Below are positions 39,101 through 48,515 of a DNA stretch of 64,000 nt, in pieces. The stretch covers positions 5,440,001 to 5,504,000 of the forward strand of contig OZ244561.1 of NCBI GenBank assembly GCA_965217585.1, written 5' to 3'. The notes under the pieces were generated by a model, which did not search any database, had not been told where the DNA came from, and saw only the letters and a list, made by a program, of their open reading frames with translations. The translations under genes were made by a program, and so were the position numbers. Origin of the DNA: Candidatus Latescibacterota bacterium (lineage in GTDB: Bacteria > Latescibacterota > UBA2968 > UBA8231). Each line of letters opens with the position of its first letter. The first letter of the stretch is position 1.

Positions 39101-41149
39101 CATCGCCACCGCCGCCTTGGGCTCTTTGTCTGTATCGGGGACCATGCCGACCGCATGAAAGCCGAGAGTGTCCGCAAAGACAAACGATCCGCCATCCGGG
39201 TTCGGAAGAAAAGCCGGGAACATGGCACCGTCCAAGCACTGGAACTCGTCCCTTACGTCTTTTGCCTTTTGACCCTGATCAAAAGCTGCGTGGAAAACGA
39301 GATTGTCATACGCTGCATGCCACGCGACGCGCAGCGGGTGCATCGGCAGGGCGATGAGGCCAATCATCCGCCCAGCAAGGGACCGCACCTCCACGGTGTT
39401 GCACAGGGCCAAGGATGGATCGCCGCTTTCCAACAATGCAGTCCAAGCGCGGATGTACTCTTTGACCGAATCAAACGCTTTCGCCTTATCGTCATAGATA
39501 TGGCCGACCATCCCGCCGTCCTTGTGGACGCGGGCCGCCAATCTTCGGCTCGCCACGGAGGCTTTCTTCCATGTCGGCCCCTTACCCTGATGTCGAATGA
39601 ACTCCACGTCGCCAGCTCGGGCACCGGACGTACGCACTTTGACACGCCAATGCCCGATTGCTCCGCTGCGCTCTAACCACATTTTTTCCACTTCTCGGAT
39701 CAGCGGCGGGCATGGTACGCGAAAACTCAACCGTTTTGTCCCTACGGATGTGCGCAACAGCACCAAGTTGCTCTTCTCATCAAAGCTGAAATTCGCCGAA
39801 CTGTCGGCGATGGCGGACATGCTCTCCCAATCATCGAGTTCGACCAGCCCCTCGCTAAACGCACGGACCTTGCGTCCAGCCCCTCCAGCGGTCCTTTCGG
39901 GTGGCTCGCCAAAGCGGATGATGAATTCCTCGCTTTCCTGACGTTCGACCTCGTCGTTTCCCACCACGGAAACCACCACTTTGGCGGAGACCAGAGAGTC
40001 CTCGTTCAGCATCGAGAAGTCGTCATTACTGAACCGGCACTTCTCCTCCCTTTTCGCCGAGTGACTCACGTCGCGCACAGCCAACTCTTCGTCCGCACCG
40101 GCTACTACGGCAACGCGATAATCCACCGCGTTCTTTAACAAATTGCCGGGTCGCGCCTTCCAGCGGATCTCTATATTTGAATAGTCAGCCGCCGACGTGG
40201 CTTCGGGCTTCAGGATCAGAACCGGTGGTTTCGCGTCAGCTCCTTCACCGAATAGTGTATCGGGTTCCTCAATCAATCCCGACCACTTGGCAATCGAGCC
40301 ATTCCTATTGCGCCAAGACACAAGTTCAATGTCTTGAATGTCATGGGCACTCTCTATTTGCAGTGCGCCCACCCACAGTTGTTGCTTGTCGGCTAGTTCC
40401 GCCAACGCCGACAGTAGTGGTTGGGTTTCTGCGGTGTGCAGGAAAACTGCGAGATCGCCGCGTTGTTCGTCCGTCGCCGCCAGCCGCAGCGACTCAATGC
40501 GCGCCGGAATGGTCAGCCCAGAGGCCGCCGTTCCCAACAGGTAATCTACAAACCGGCGCGAGTCGTCGAGTGCCCCCTCGTCTAAGCCTACGGATTCGGA
40601 GACCAGCCACAGGCCGAGTAGATGCAGATACGCGCCGGGATGTCGTTTGTGCGCCGCGACGCGACAGATAAAGTCGAACGCGGTCCAAGGCGAAACGCTA
40701 TACTGACTACCGAATCCTTCGGCTTTGCTAATGGCCCGCTCGGCATAGTGGCGATGGGCACTCGACAATCGGCGCGTCACCTCGGCACCAGCCAGTCCCC
40801 GAGCCTCCTTAAACAGGCTTGCTTCATTTACTTCCCTCGAGGCACTGTAGATACCGTCCATGCCGGCACCGGCAAGATGCGTATCCACCAGCAGCAAGGT
40901 GGCATCGCCTTTGGCCTCGCGCATCTCGACAGCACGGTCCGCAGTAATGGTCCGCAGGTCTTCATCATCCGAATCCGCCACCCGCTGAACCTGCCAATTT
41001 TGTACGCAGAAGTTGTCGTCCTCAGCGAGCTTTGCCACCACATCTGGCGTCAGGCAACGAACAAAGGCCATGGCCCCGGGTTCGGCTCGGCCAAGCACCT
41101 TCTCAAACGCCTGCCCGAGGATTTGCCCATGTAGTTTGGTCCACTCCAT
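36182..41149 (-). CDS. DptH/MAD8-like protein: PD-(D/E)xK nuclease + C-terminal HerA/FtsK-type ATPase
   Basis: RPDLIYV...FVEVKYR, NPHLLIAGQPGMGKT, IFDEAH, ECRKYG..LVLASQ, and HPLR..W. Confidence 0.75.
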   Translation of the reverse strand: MEWTKLHGQILGQAFEKVLGRAEPGAMAFVRCLTPDVVAKLAEDDNFCVQNWQVQRVADSDDEDLRTITADRAVEMREAKGDATLLLVDTHLAGAGMDGIYSASREVNEASLFKEARGLAGAEVTRRLSSAHRHYAERAISKAEGFGSQYSVSPWTAFDFICRVAAHKRHPGAYLHLLGLWLVSESVGLDEGALDDSRRFVDYLLGTAASGLTIPARIESLRLAATDEQRGDLAVFLHTAETQPLLSALAELADKQQLWVGALQIESAHDIQDIELVSWRNRNGSIAKWSGLIEEPDTLFGEGADAKPPVLILKPEATSAADYSNIEIRWKARPGNLLKNAVDYRVAVVAGADEELAVRDVSHSAKREEKCRFSNDDFSMLNEDSLVSAKVVVSVVGNDEVERQESEEFIIRFGEPPERTAGGAGRKVRAFSEGLVELDDWESMSAIADSSANFSFDEKSNLVLLRTSVGTKRLSFRVPCPPLIREVEKMWLERSGAIGHWRVKVRTSGARAGDVEFIRHQGKGPTWKKASVASRRLAARVHKDGGMVGHIYDDKAKAFDSVKEYIRAWTALLESGDPSLALCNTVEVRSLAGRMIGLIALPMHPLRVAWHAAYDNLVFHAAFDQGQKAKDVRDEFQCLDGAMFPAFLPNPDGGSFVFADTLGFHAVGMVPDTDKEPKAAVAMLARALGEGESMDAAPTVGGQSAEVVGDEIVKYLDCHNTSRLLRVHALRAGDGLTIARSLGLVHDRLRRADDEDASEEESQEAPVFSLEMYPSEEQRGIAGRFIAEARERRRSGAGVVSTDDQWMLESLSLPGGVNMPRLRWARKDGPDPETAAHVAVAFDTFESQVKLDERERPSDGTFHAFGLLSFYERDFAARPSPLWRSTVPLAKDGERHPADRSHTKRLADLQRAIQGTVARHVGAVNGELPVLYTEVSREKEDGLAELHRLCDWVITLDRNAGIEYFDSPQDNRTIYDAYVIDCVPEREDLGCLQLITSTSNLEEVRVLLDGALDQMGLSRSRRNAEFLLEHLKALSGRLAIRLTGDKPPTSELIALAVSQANCQQAQETDPCWVSLERGFIVPVDDVRDLLPPLTDKDGDEREVRPDLIYVTAAPRKGLMFRFVEVKYRRDLRAARSPDILRRIREQTAAMSKRWNEWYSHEECSAFRAVRRAKLARVLRFYADKARRHHLPAAQHTELVAEIDRMIEKGGDYRLDTDRSGDRGWVFCPEYAGASPLEISPDNWSTKVFLCGPGLLPDLDFRGEMTTSPPESKARPSSEQDAARGTSNISADHIEAVGGETEDAIDAVPSICFGTDPFTNTEVRWPLTVQGNPHLLIAGQPGMGKTTCLLNLCNQMMAAGIRPIVFSYHQDIDERLGQSADSVRFIDFDGLGFNPLEVVDRGSRIAHLDVAGEMRDIFAAIYPELGDIQAERIRGAIKESFVEVGWGNTNAATADLQEPTFSRFVEILRGDPKPDRGLRTLFARLEELEDYGFFNLRESHSSLWESEQPTVIRIHTTQNDNLQRAFASLVFYGLYKDMFRRGIQDRITHALIFDEAHRAAGLKLIPTMAKECRKYGISLVLASQEAKDFDVSVFSAIANYLVLRLNEADAKSLVRNVSSSQQERVLIDKIKQMAKFKALYFCEGKSRPSSVELFSF

Positions 41150-41150
41150 A

Positions 41151-42956
41151 TCAGTTCTCCATCGCCGGCTCGAAGCGAGACTCCAGCCGCTTCATCGCTT
41201 CTGCATCGTTGACGCCCACCAAAAGCCCTAGATCGCGCAGACGCCGCTCCAAGATCGTGCGATTCCTTTGCAGCAATTCGTTGGAGATCGTCATCCCCGA
41301 CGGGGCGATATCTACGTGAAATCCATAGCGTTCGCGCAATTCTTCGAGAAACTTCCCGAAAGAAAGAGCGCGGATGCCCGGTTTGTTGCCGCTTTTCAAT
41401 AAGTGAAGATGGACCAGATAATCCAGCACCAAATCGGTGAATACGAGAGAACGAACGTCGCGTCTCCTGCGCGTTGTGTTTCCCCCAAGACCGCGCGTCG
41501 TCGTCCTCTTGGCCGCCAGCCCGTTTGGACGCCCGGTAAGCAAACTTGAGTCGATCATTCCGATAAAATTGAGACGAGGCTTCCGCCCCATCAGTACCAT
41601 CAATCCATCGGCAAGCCGCCAGACCGGATTGGGCTGGTTGTCAACATTACCCAGAATTTCCGTAGCCTCGGGATAATCGTCCTCTAGTTTCTCGGCCAGC
41701 CTTTCGGCCATGTCTTCAATGCTGTACCGGATTCGTTGCGCCTCCGAGTGGCGGCGGTTGTAAAGCAAGTCCCCCAACAAATTCAGCCAATCAGTGGCAT
41801 ACGGTCGGGTAGCAATATCCTCTTTTTTAATTTTCCGGTTGTTGCGCGCCTGATAATCCAGTAGCCGCAGTACCATCAGAATGCCAGAAAGGCGCTCCAT
41901 ACGCCGCATGTAGTCATCCATCGACTGCTCAGCCGCGTCCCGGATGCTTCGCTCGACCCCATTAGAGCAGTCGATGAACAAGGGAGCGGGGTGCTGTTCC
42001 TTTCGGGCCGGGACATCCCCCGTCTCCGACCACCGCAACAACAGTTCGACCGTGCTAGTAAGAATAGTCGTCAGACCTATGGCAACGCAGGATTCCAACA
42101 TCTCCACCAAGGCGTGGCGTGGCGCGGGCTCTGCATACGCGCGCACGAAGCGGCGGATGTCCTCGGAAAAGTTCCGTGCCGCTTGCTCAGCAATAGGGCG
42201 TTGATTGGAGATTGGGCCGCCCTCCTTACCACGCATCTTGTCCGGAGCCGCCTTGAGTTGCTGCGCGAGCCGGATCATCAACAGTTGGTCCAAGCCAACG
42301 ATGTGGGCTTCCTTGAACCGATCCGATGCCCAGTCACCCAATGATCCCTCGCGGGTAACGCCTTGGCTGAAAGCTCCCAGCAAAACGTTTTCCTCGTACT
42401 TCTTCCCTACCGGGAACCATGTTTTCTTATCGTCGCTCTGTCCGACGGACTCGCCCTTCTGATCGGCCAGCATGGCCACGATCATTTCGGGAACAAAGCG
42501 GAGATGCCCCACGTCTTGTGGAAGATCAACCCAGCTCGCCATGTAATGGGCCGGCGCGACCCGCTGGATTTGCTGGTCTCGCCCCAAACTGTGCCTAATG
42601 TTCTCAAGGCAGAAACAGAGCAGCAGGTCGCCAAGGATGGCTTTCTCGGGGTCGCCGTTAAAACCGTCCAACTCGCCTGTGCTGGAAAGCGTCTCTGCGA
42701 TGCGCTCTATGGTCGCTGATCGTCTTATTTGGCTAGGCGTAGGCGAGCCCTCTTTTTTTCCGAAGGTCTTTAGAAAATTCCCGCGCCCTCTGCGTTGGCC
42801 GAAGCGAAACATGTAGAAAATTGCGGGAAGAATCGAAGACAATGCGAATTCCTGCACCGAGACCGGCAACACCTTGTCGTAGTTACCCGACCAGATTTCT
42901 CGGGTCGTGCCGGGAGACAGTACGTCTTCGACGAGTTTGCGGGCATTATCAGCCAT
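41151..42956 (-). CDS. DptG/MAD7-like protein
   Basis: Middle gene of the trio. C-terminal F...L.ERYG...N...LE.RL..LGL....NDA resembles the DptG-type tail. Confidence 0.6.
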   Translation of the reverse strand: MADNARKLVEDVLSPGTTREIWSGNYDKVLPVSVQEFALSSILPAIFYMFRFGQRRGRGNFLKTFGKKEGSPTPSQIRRSATIERIAETLSSTGELDGFNGDPEKAILGDLLLCFCLENIRHSLGRDQQIQRVAPAHYMASWVDLPQDVGHLRFVPEMIVAMLADQKGESVGQSDDKKTWFPVGKKYEENVLLGAFSQGVTREGSLGDWASDRFKEAHIVGLDQLLMIRLAQQLKAAPDKMRGKEGGPISNQRPIAEQAARNFSEDIRRFVRAYAEPAPRHALVEMLESCVAIGLTTILTSTVELLLRWSETGDVPARKEQHPAPLFIDCSNGVERSIRDAAEQSMDDYMRRMERLSGILMVLRLLDYQARNNRKIKKEDIATRPYATDWLNLLGDLLYNRRHSEAQRIRYSIEDMAERLAEKLEDDYPEATEILGNVDNQPNPVWRLADGLMVLMGRKPRLNFIGMIDSSLLTGRPNGLAAKRTTTRGLGGNTTRRRRDVRSLVFTDLVLDYLVHLHLLKSGNKPGIRALSFGKFLEELRERYGFHVDIAPSGMTISNELLQRNRTILERRLRDLGLLVGVNDAEAMKRLESRFEPAMEN

Positions 42957-42963
42957 TTGTCAT

Positions 42964-45900
42964 CTACTCCTCCAGTCGCCGAATAATCATCTGTTGCTGA
43001 ACGCTGGCCCTGACACCTTCGACGATCTCCGCAGCAACCTCGTAGATCGCCTCGTCCTGCATTGGATTCCAAGCCAGTACCTTGCGGTCATCCTCGCGCA
43101 CCAACCGCTGTACAAAGATTGACAAGTGAGCAAAGGTGTCATCAGTCGAAACATCGCCCAACTGGTAGCCATCACTTAGCTCTAGCAGCAGGTGAAACAA
43201 ATCGGCACCGAGGCGGAGACTCTCTGGTCTCCGTCCATCTCGATAGTGGTATCTCAAAAAGGCTTGGCGATGCAGGTGGTCAAGTCCCTCAACTTCGGCA
43301 GGCAGATCAGCTTCAAGCCGAAAGTTGATCAGTGGCCTCTCCACCCAGAACGCCGTTTCCGTGGGGGTGCGAGGTGTGATGCGTAGCGGGACGACATTGA
43401 GGCGGTCAACTCGGTCAACTGCTTGGGGCGGCAGACTTTCCAAATGCACAATCCCCTCGCACAGCCTTCGGCAAAGATCGTCGAGATCACCTTCGGCGAT
43501 GGGGAGATTGCTGAACTCCCGATAATGCCGCGCTTGAGCCAAGCCGAGGGCGTGAGGATATACGGCGAGCGCGGCGATGTTGTCTTCGGTCCATTCAAAG
43601 TAAGCCCGCCGACGCGCCGATTTCAGCGTCAACTCAGGATAATGGGGAGCACCTCCCGAGGTATCAACAGAGGGAGTTCGCAGCAGGTGTCGATCAATCT
43701 GAGGATGGGCTTCAAGAGCCGGGTCAAAACGAATTAGCTCTTGCAAAACTTCTCCCTGTCGCCCCGGCGACTCCGGCGAAAAGGCACGTTCCCAATAGGA
43801 CAACGGAGCGTCCACACCACCGTGATAGTCGCTACAGAAGTGAACGCCGAACAGGATATATACCAGTGCGGCCCGCAGTTCGCGGACGGTGATATGGGTT
43901 TCGCCGCGCAGGTGAACGGCTTGCAACATCTCAAATAGTCGGTGCCGAGCGCGCTCACGCTCCTCTTGCGGGGCCATGCCGGGAAGCCCTTTGGGGCCAA
44001 ACCGCCGCATGGCGCGGCGAACCTCACATCGGTCTTGAGCCAAGCATGTCTCGCAGGGTGCCCAAATCTGGGGGGCCTTCTCTCTGCCGTAGAGACTATC
44101 TAGCAGATCATCGAGAAAGCTGGTTTCAATGTCCGATTCACTTGGCACAACGCTTCCAACAAGCGAACGTTGGTTGAGGCTTATGAAGCGGATATGCGAT
44201 TCGGAGGCGGATTCTTCACCGTTGAGCAGGTCGTAGAGAGCCTGTGTCAACGGCGTTTCTCCTTCGACTCCATCAATCCACTCCAAGAGACGCCCATCGT
44301 TGATCGCCAGAAGATGGACAATGTCCTCCGCGGGCACACCTTTTTGGAACGGCTCCAAGAATTCACCCAAAAGCGCATCCGCGGAACGTCCCTGCCACGA
44401 CGCCGACCCATCAAGATTCATGCGGACGAGCAGGCCATCGTCCATCTGATTCTCCAGAATACGCTCTGAGGAATCGTGTATGCCAAACCCAAGACGACCG
44501 GCAAGGTGCTGAAGCAACGCGGTTTTCCCGTCTCCGGCGTTACCGCATAAGATGACGAGCCGAACTTTTCGACGCAGAATATCGTGATACAGCGCGTCTT
44601 CAAGAGGGGTTTCAACGTAGGTTTGCGCGGCGAACTTCGTGTCGAGGCCACGGGTCTCGCTATTGCCCCAACGTGAACCTGGATAGGATTGCAGCAAGGA
44701 TTGCAGCCAAGGCACCTCGTTCTCGCTGTGAACGACAGATTCAGATCTCGGCTCTATGGCATCACCACCGCCCTCGTCAACAGGTTCATCAGTGTCCGTA
44801 TGCCGAGGTGGACTCAAAGCGGCCTTTGCTTCAGCCGCAGACGCAAATCGCTGCTCTGGGTCGGGGTGTGTCGCCTGCTCCAGAAATGCGGCGACGGTTG
44901 GGTAATCCTCGCGCTCGATGCCCTCCCAGTTCAAGCCGCGTTCCTTCGCTCGGCTACCATTGTACATAAACGGCTCTTTTTCAAAAAGCACTTGAAAGAA
45001 GCTCGCAGCCAATGCAAAGAAGTCGTCCGCAGGCGCAGCCAAGCGGTTTTCGAGATGTGTATGCGGGCTATACATGACGGTGCCGGGAGCGGTGACCGAC
45101 TCACCGATTTTGGCTACGCAGTCGTAATCCGTCAAAACAATCTCGCTATCGGCAACAATCAGGTTGCGAGGGCTGACATCGCCATGGACCAAGCCGTTGC
45201 GATGCAGAACGTCCAACGCATCGCAAACCGTTCGCAGCCAACGTAACGCCAGTGCCTCCCCCGATTCTTCGTGGAAGTCTTCGGAGAGAATCGGGAGGAC
45301 ACCAGCTAGTTCGCTCAAAGGTTCACCTGCGATCCACTGCATCAAAGCAACGAAGTCGTTGTCGCGCCATCCCTCCGCCGTTTCGAATATGGTCGAAAGT
45401 GCTGCCGAATCAGCGAGGTGCGAATGCGCCAGATTGTATGCCTGAAGGACTCGCCGACCTATTTCTTCGTCGCTGACCACTTTGGCGACGTAGGCACCGA
45501 GATCGCCGCCGGTCTCGTCATCGATCCTCACCACCTTGAACGTGGTTCCGACCCCGCCGGAACCGAGACGCGAAACGATTCGGTAATCCCGGTCGCGAAA
45601 CTTCACAATCTGATCTTCGGTCCAAAATCGAGCCGGTGGCGCGACGACTGCCGGCAGTTCGCCCAGTAGGTCCGACAACGAATCGCGGAGTTTTTCCAAT
45701 GTAGTTCGCTCCGCCGGATCGTCCGCGCTACCTCCGACCAGCGGCTAGCCTCCAAACTGTCGTCATCGTCTCGTTTCGCGAACAGCACGGACAGACTCGC
45801 GCACAACGAATACACATCGGACTGACGATCTGCCGCCCCAAGGCCCTGCTTGCGAATCTCGGGTGCCACCGCAACGTCCCACTCGTCCTCTGCGCTGCCG

Positions 45901-46964
45901 GAGACCGCCACCGTGACATCGTCGGGAATTCGGGCGTACTGGAAACCTGTTAAGATCGGCGTATTGTCATGTCTGACGAGAATCGTTCCCGGCTTGAGGT
46001 TCCGGTGCAGCATGGATTCCTCGCCTTCACCCGCTTCGTGCAACTCCCTCAATGCTTCTACTGCTTGCCGAGCGAAGGATAGTCGCGCCTTCGTATCCCA
46101 AGTGTCGTCGGCGGCGCGTTGCTCAACACTAGGGGCCGCCGGGTCTGCGACCGTGAAGAACCACATCTCGCCAGCGTATCCCGGTGCTTCTTGGAATGAA
46201 TCGACAATGCGCGGTGCCCAAGCGTGAAGTTGCAGCCGGTGGAGCGCGTCAAATTCTCGCCGCGCCCGGTCCTCCGGATTCGGTAGGTCGGTCGCCGACA
46301 CATCGTAGAGGTGCAGAAGTACAGAATCTCGACGTGTAGAGTGCGTACCCCGGTAAATTCGATGAAATCGCTCCTCCGCAGACGTCTGGAGCGTCAGATT
46401 GACATAGCCAGCCAAGCGTCTCAGCGCACCGTCTATAGCCACACTGGCCTTCGGGTACAAAGCATTGCCTAGCATTTTGACTTGCGACGGCGCTAGGAAC
46501 ACCGGCGCATCCAGTGCCAAAGCATCTTGCCAAGATCTCAACGTGTGGAACCGAACTCCCCGAACATCCCGTCCCTCAAGCGGCTTGACTTTCGCGGCAT
46601 CCTGCGTGACCAAAAACACCCCATCTACTCGGCCGATTTCCGAGATCATCCGGCGCAAGGTGGTACCAACCTTGCGAGCCTTATCCGCTACGCGTTCGGC
46701 TTCGCGCTCCACAAGTTCAGCGTTCCGATTCACCCAAGCCGCGTTCCAGTGCTTGATTTCAATGACCCGAACTCCGGGTGGGCCAATGGCGACAATGTCG
46801 ATTTCGTCTGATTGGCGACGATGGGTGGTGGAAAACGAGAGGTTCGTCAACAACACCCACTCGCCATCGCCCAATTTGGAAATCAGACCCGTCTTGATCT
46901 GTTCAAAGGCTCTGCGCTCGCTCTCGTTGGCGACCGGGCCGCAGCTAATGAGGGTTACTTTCAT
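42964..46964 (-). pseudogene. NERD nuclease + pseudokinase + Ser/Thr kinase + DptF-like P-loop ATPase (MAD6-like), frameshifted near 45745
   Basis: NERD DEID...IEIKHW; kinase 1 HRNLKP/TGF; kinase 2 GSGGVG, AK, HGDVSPRN, TDY; ATPase ILCGNAGDGKT and AINDGRL. The kinase-XI motif DPAER lies in the downstream frame. Confidence 0.8.
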
Positions 46965-46984
46965 GTATATCTTCTTCCCGTTCT

Positions 46985-47382
46985 TCCCAAGGCGGGATAA
47001 CGATCTCACACTTGGGCCGCTGGCACGGCTGAGCCTTCTGTCCAGCGTCATCAGTGGACAGCCAGTCTCCTCAGCCAAGGCCACGTACCAAGCATCGTAA
47101 CTGGTCAAGTGTGCTACGCAATGCCCATACGCGCTCGGCAAACGGCGCAAAAGGGAATAACGCAATATCGAGCTGCAGCAGATCCCTGTGTGCGCTTGTA
47201 GCCTCAAGTCGTGCGACTTCGCCGGATATTTCCAACCGGCGCAATATGTTGCTGGCTTCGACTAAGGCCAACTCCGGAGCGATCAGAGAACCTTCTGCAA
47301 TAGCTGCTTCCGCCCACTGGCCTGCGCGGCCCAAGTCCACAAGTGCCGAGACGAGCACGGACGAATCAACAACAACAGTCAC
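46985..47382 (-). pseudogene. vapC: VapC PIN-domain toxin with two indels
   Basis: VVDSS and APEL..VE in one frame, LTSYDAWYVALAE...TLDRRL in another, then CEIVIPP back in the first frame. Confidence 0.8.
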
Positions 47383-47615
47383 GTTCTATCGGCATCCCGA
47401 GCTTGTAGAATACTGGACGGACGGACGCGGGTTCCCGCCGCTTCCTTGCGCTCGCGAACCCCGTGCAGCCATTCGCTGATCGAGGGACGAGACGCGATTC
47501 GTTCCAACTCGTCGCGGAGGAATGCCTGCATAGATTGGTGTTGCTGGGCGGCGCGGACGGCCAACGCGTCGCGCACTTCTTCCGGGACATCTCTTATGGT
47601 GATTTGTACTGGCAT
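47379..47615 (-). CDS. vapB: FitA-like RHH antitoxin
   Basis: QITIRDVPEEVRDAL..RAA...SMQ.FL. Overlaps the PIN gene start. Confidence 0.85.
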   Translation of the reverse strand: MPVQITIRDVPEEVRDALAVRAAQQHQSMQAFLRDELERIASRPSISEWLHGVRERKEAAGTRVRPSSILQARDADRT

Positions 47616-47696
47616 GACAGCGTTATATCCTCGTTGAGTTTCTTCCTATCGGGGTGCCGATCTCGCACGGGAAGGACGAGGGAAACCCCCCCGCTC

Positions 47697-48515
47697 CTAA
47701 ACGGCAATTCGCTTTTCTCCGGTATATACATTAAATCCCCGCCCGCGCAAAAATCCCAACAGCGTTATCCCCGATTCCCGCGCCAGATCCACCGCCAAAC
47801 TCGACGGCGCGGATACAGCGGCGACCACCGCAATCCCCGCCATCCGCGCCTTCTGTATAATCTCAAAGCTGGTGCGCCCGCTGACCATCAGCACGCTCTT
47901 GGCTGGCACCGGCGCGTTGCGCAGCGCGTAGTGACCGATGAGCTTGTCCACTGCGTTGTGCCGGCCCACGTCCTCGCGCAGGACGAGCAAGTCGCCCGCC
48001 TGGTCAAACAATGCCGCCGCGTGCAACGAGCCGGTCTGCTCGAATACATCCTGTGCCTGGCGCATGCGGTCGCCGAGGCCGTAGAGTAGGGATAGCGGCA
48101 CGGTAAAATCTTCCAGCAGCGCGGAGGCCTCGCAGGTTATGGCCTCGATGCTGGCCTTGCCGCAGACTCCGCAACTCGACGAGGCGTAGAAGTTGCGCTG
48201 GAACCGCTGCCGATCAAAGTCCACGCCAGCGGCCAGCCTGACCTCGACGATATTCTCCTCGTTGGGTGGCTCCGCAGCCGTGCAGTACGAAATCGCGCCC
48301 AGCTCCTGCGGCGATTTGATCAGGCCCTCGGTACACAAGAAGCCAGCCGCCAGCTCAAAGTCGTGGCGCGGGGTGCGCATCACCACCGCGATCGGCGTCT
48401 CCTCCACGCGGATCTCCAGCGGCTCCTCGACCGTTACCTGGTCATCTTCGACCGCTTTGTCCGCCTCGCGGAAGCGCCAGATCGGCCGCTGCGTCACCCG
48501 CTGCTGCCGCTCCAT
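47697..48515 (-). CDS. fdhD: Formate dehydrogenase accessory sulfurtransferase
   Basis: EEPL, MRTP, SSCGVCG, TG.LHAA, REDVGRHNAVDK. Confidence 0.95.
   Translation of the reverse strand: MERQQRVTQRPIWRFREADKAVEDDQVTVEEPLEIRVEETPIAVVMRTPRHDFELAAGFLCTEGLIKSPQELGAISYCTAAEPPNEENIVEVRLAAGVDFDRQRFQRNFYASSSCGVCGKASIEAITCEASALLEDFTVPLSLLYGLGDRMRQAQDVFEQTGSLHAAALFDQAGDLLVLREDVGRHNAVDKLIGHYALRNAPVPAKSVLMVSGRTSFEIIQKARMAGIAVVAAVSAPSSLAVDLARESGITLLGFLRGRGFNVYTGEKRIAV

Larger units (their letters stand above)
36064..47799. mobile_element. Defence island integrated at the 3' end of fdhD, flanked by a 102-bp direct repeat
   Basis: 36064-36165 matches 47698-47799 with 6 mismatches. Interior GC is lower than the core genes. 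Confidence 0.85.

Noticed and set aside
42964-46964. BREX type 2 PglW
   Set aside because: It shares NERD plus two kinase domains, but the C-terminus is a DptF-like P-loop and there is no pglX, pglY or pglZ.
45603-47207. 534-aa ORF read as a real PIN-NERD-kinase fusion
   Set aside because: The N-terminal extension is the out-of-frame piece of the frameshifted vapC. The kinase gene most plausibly starts at ATG 46964.
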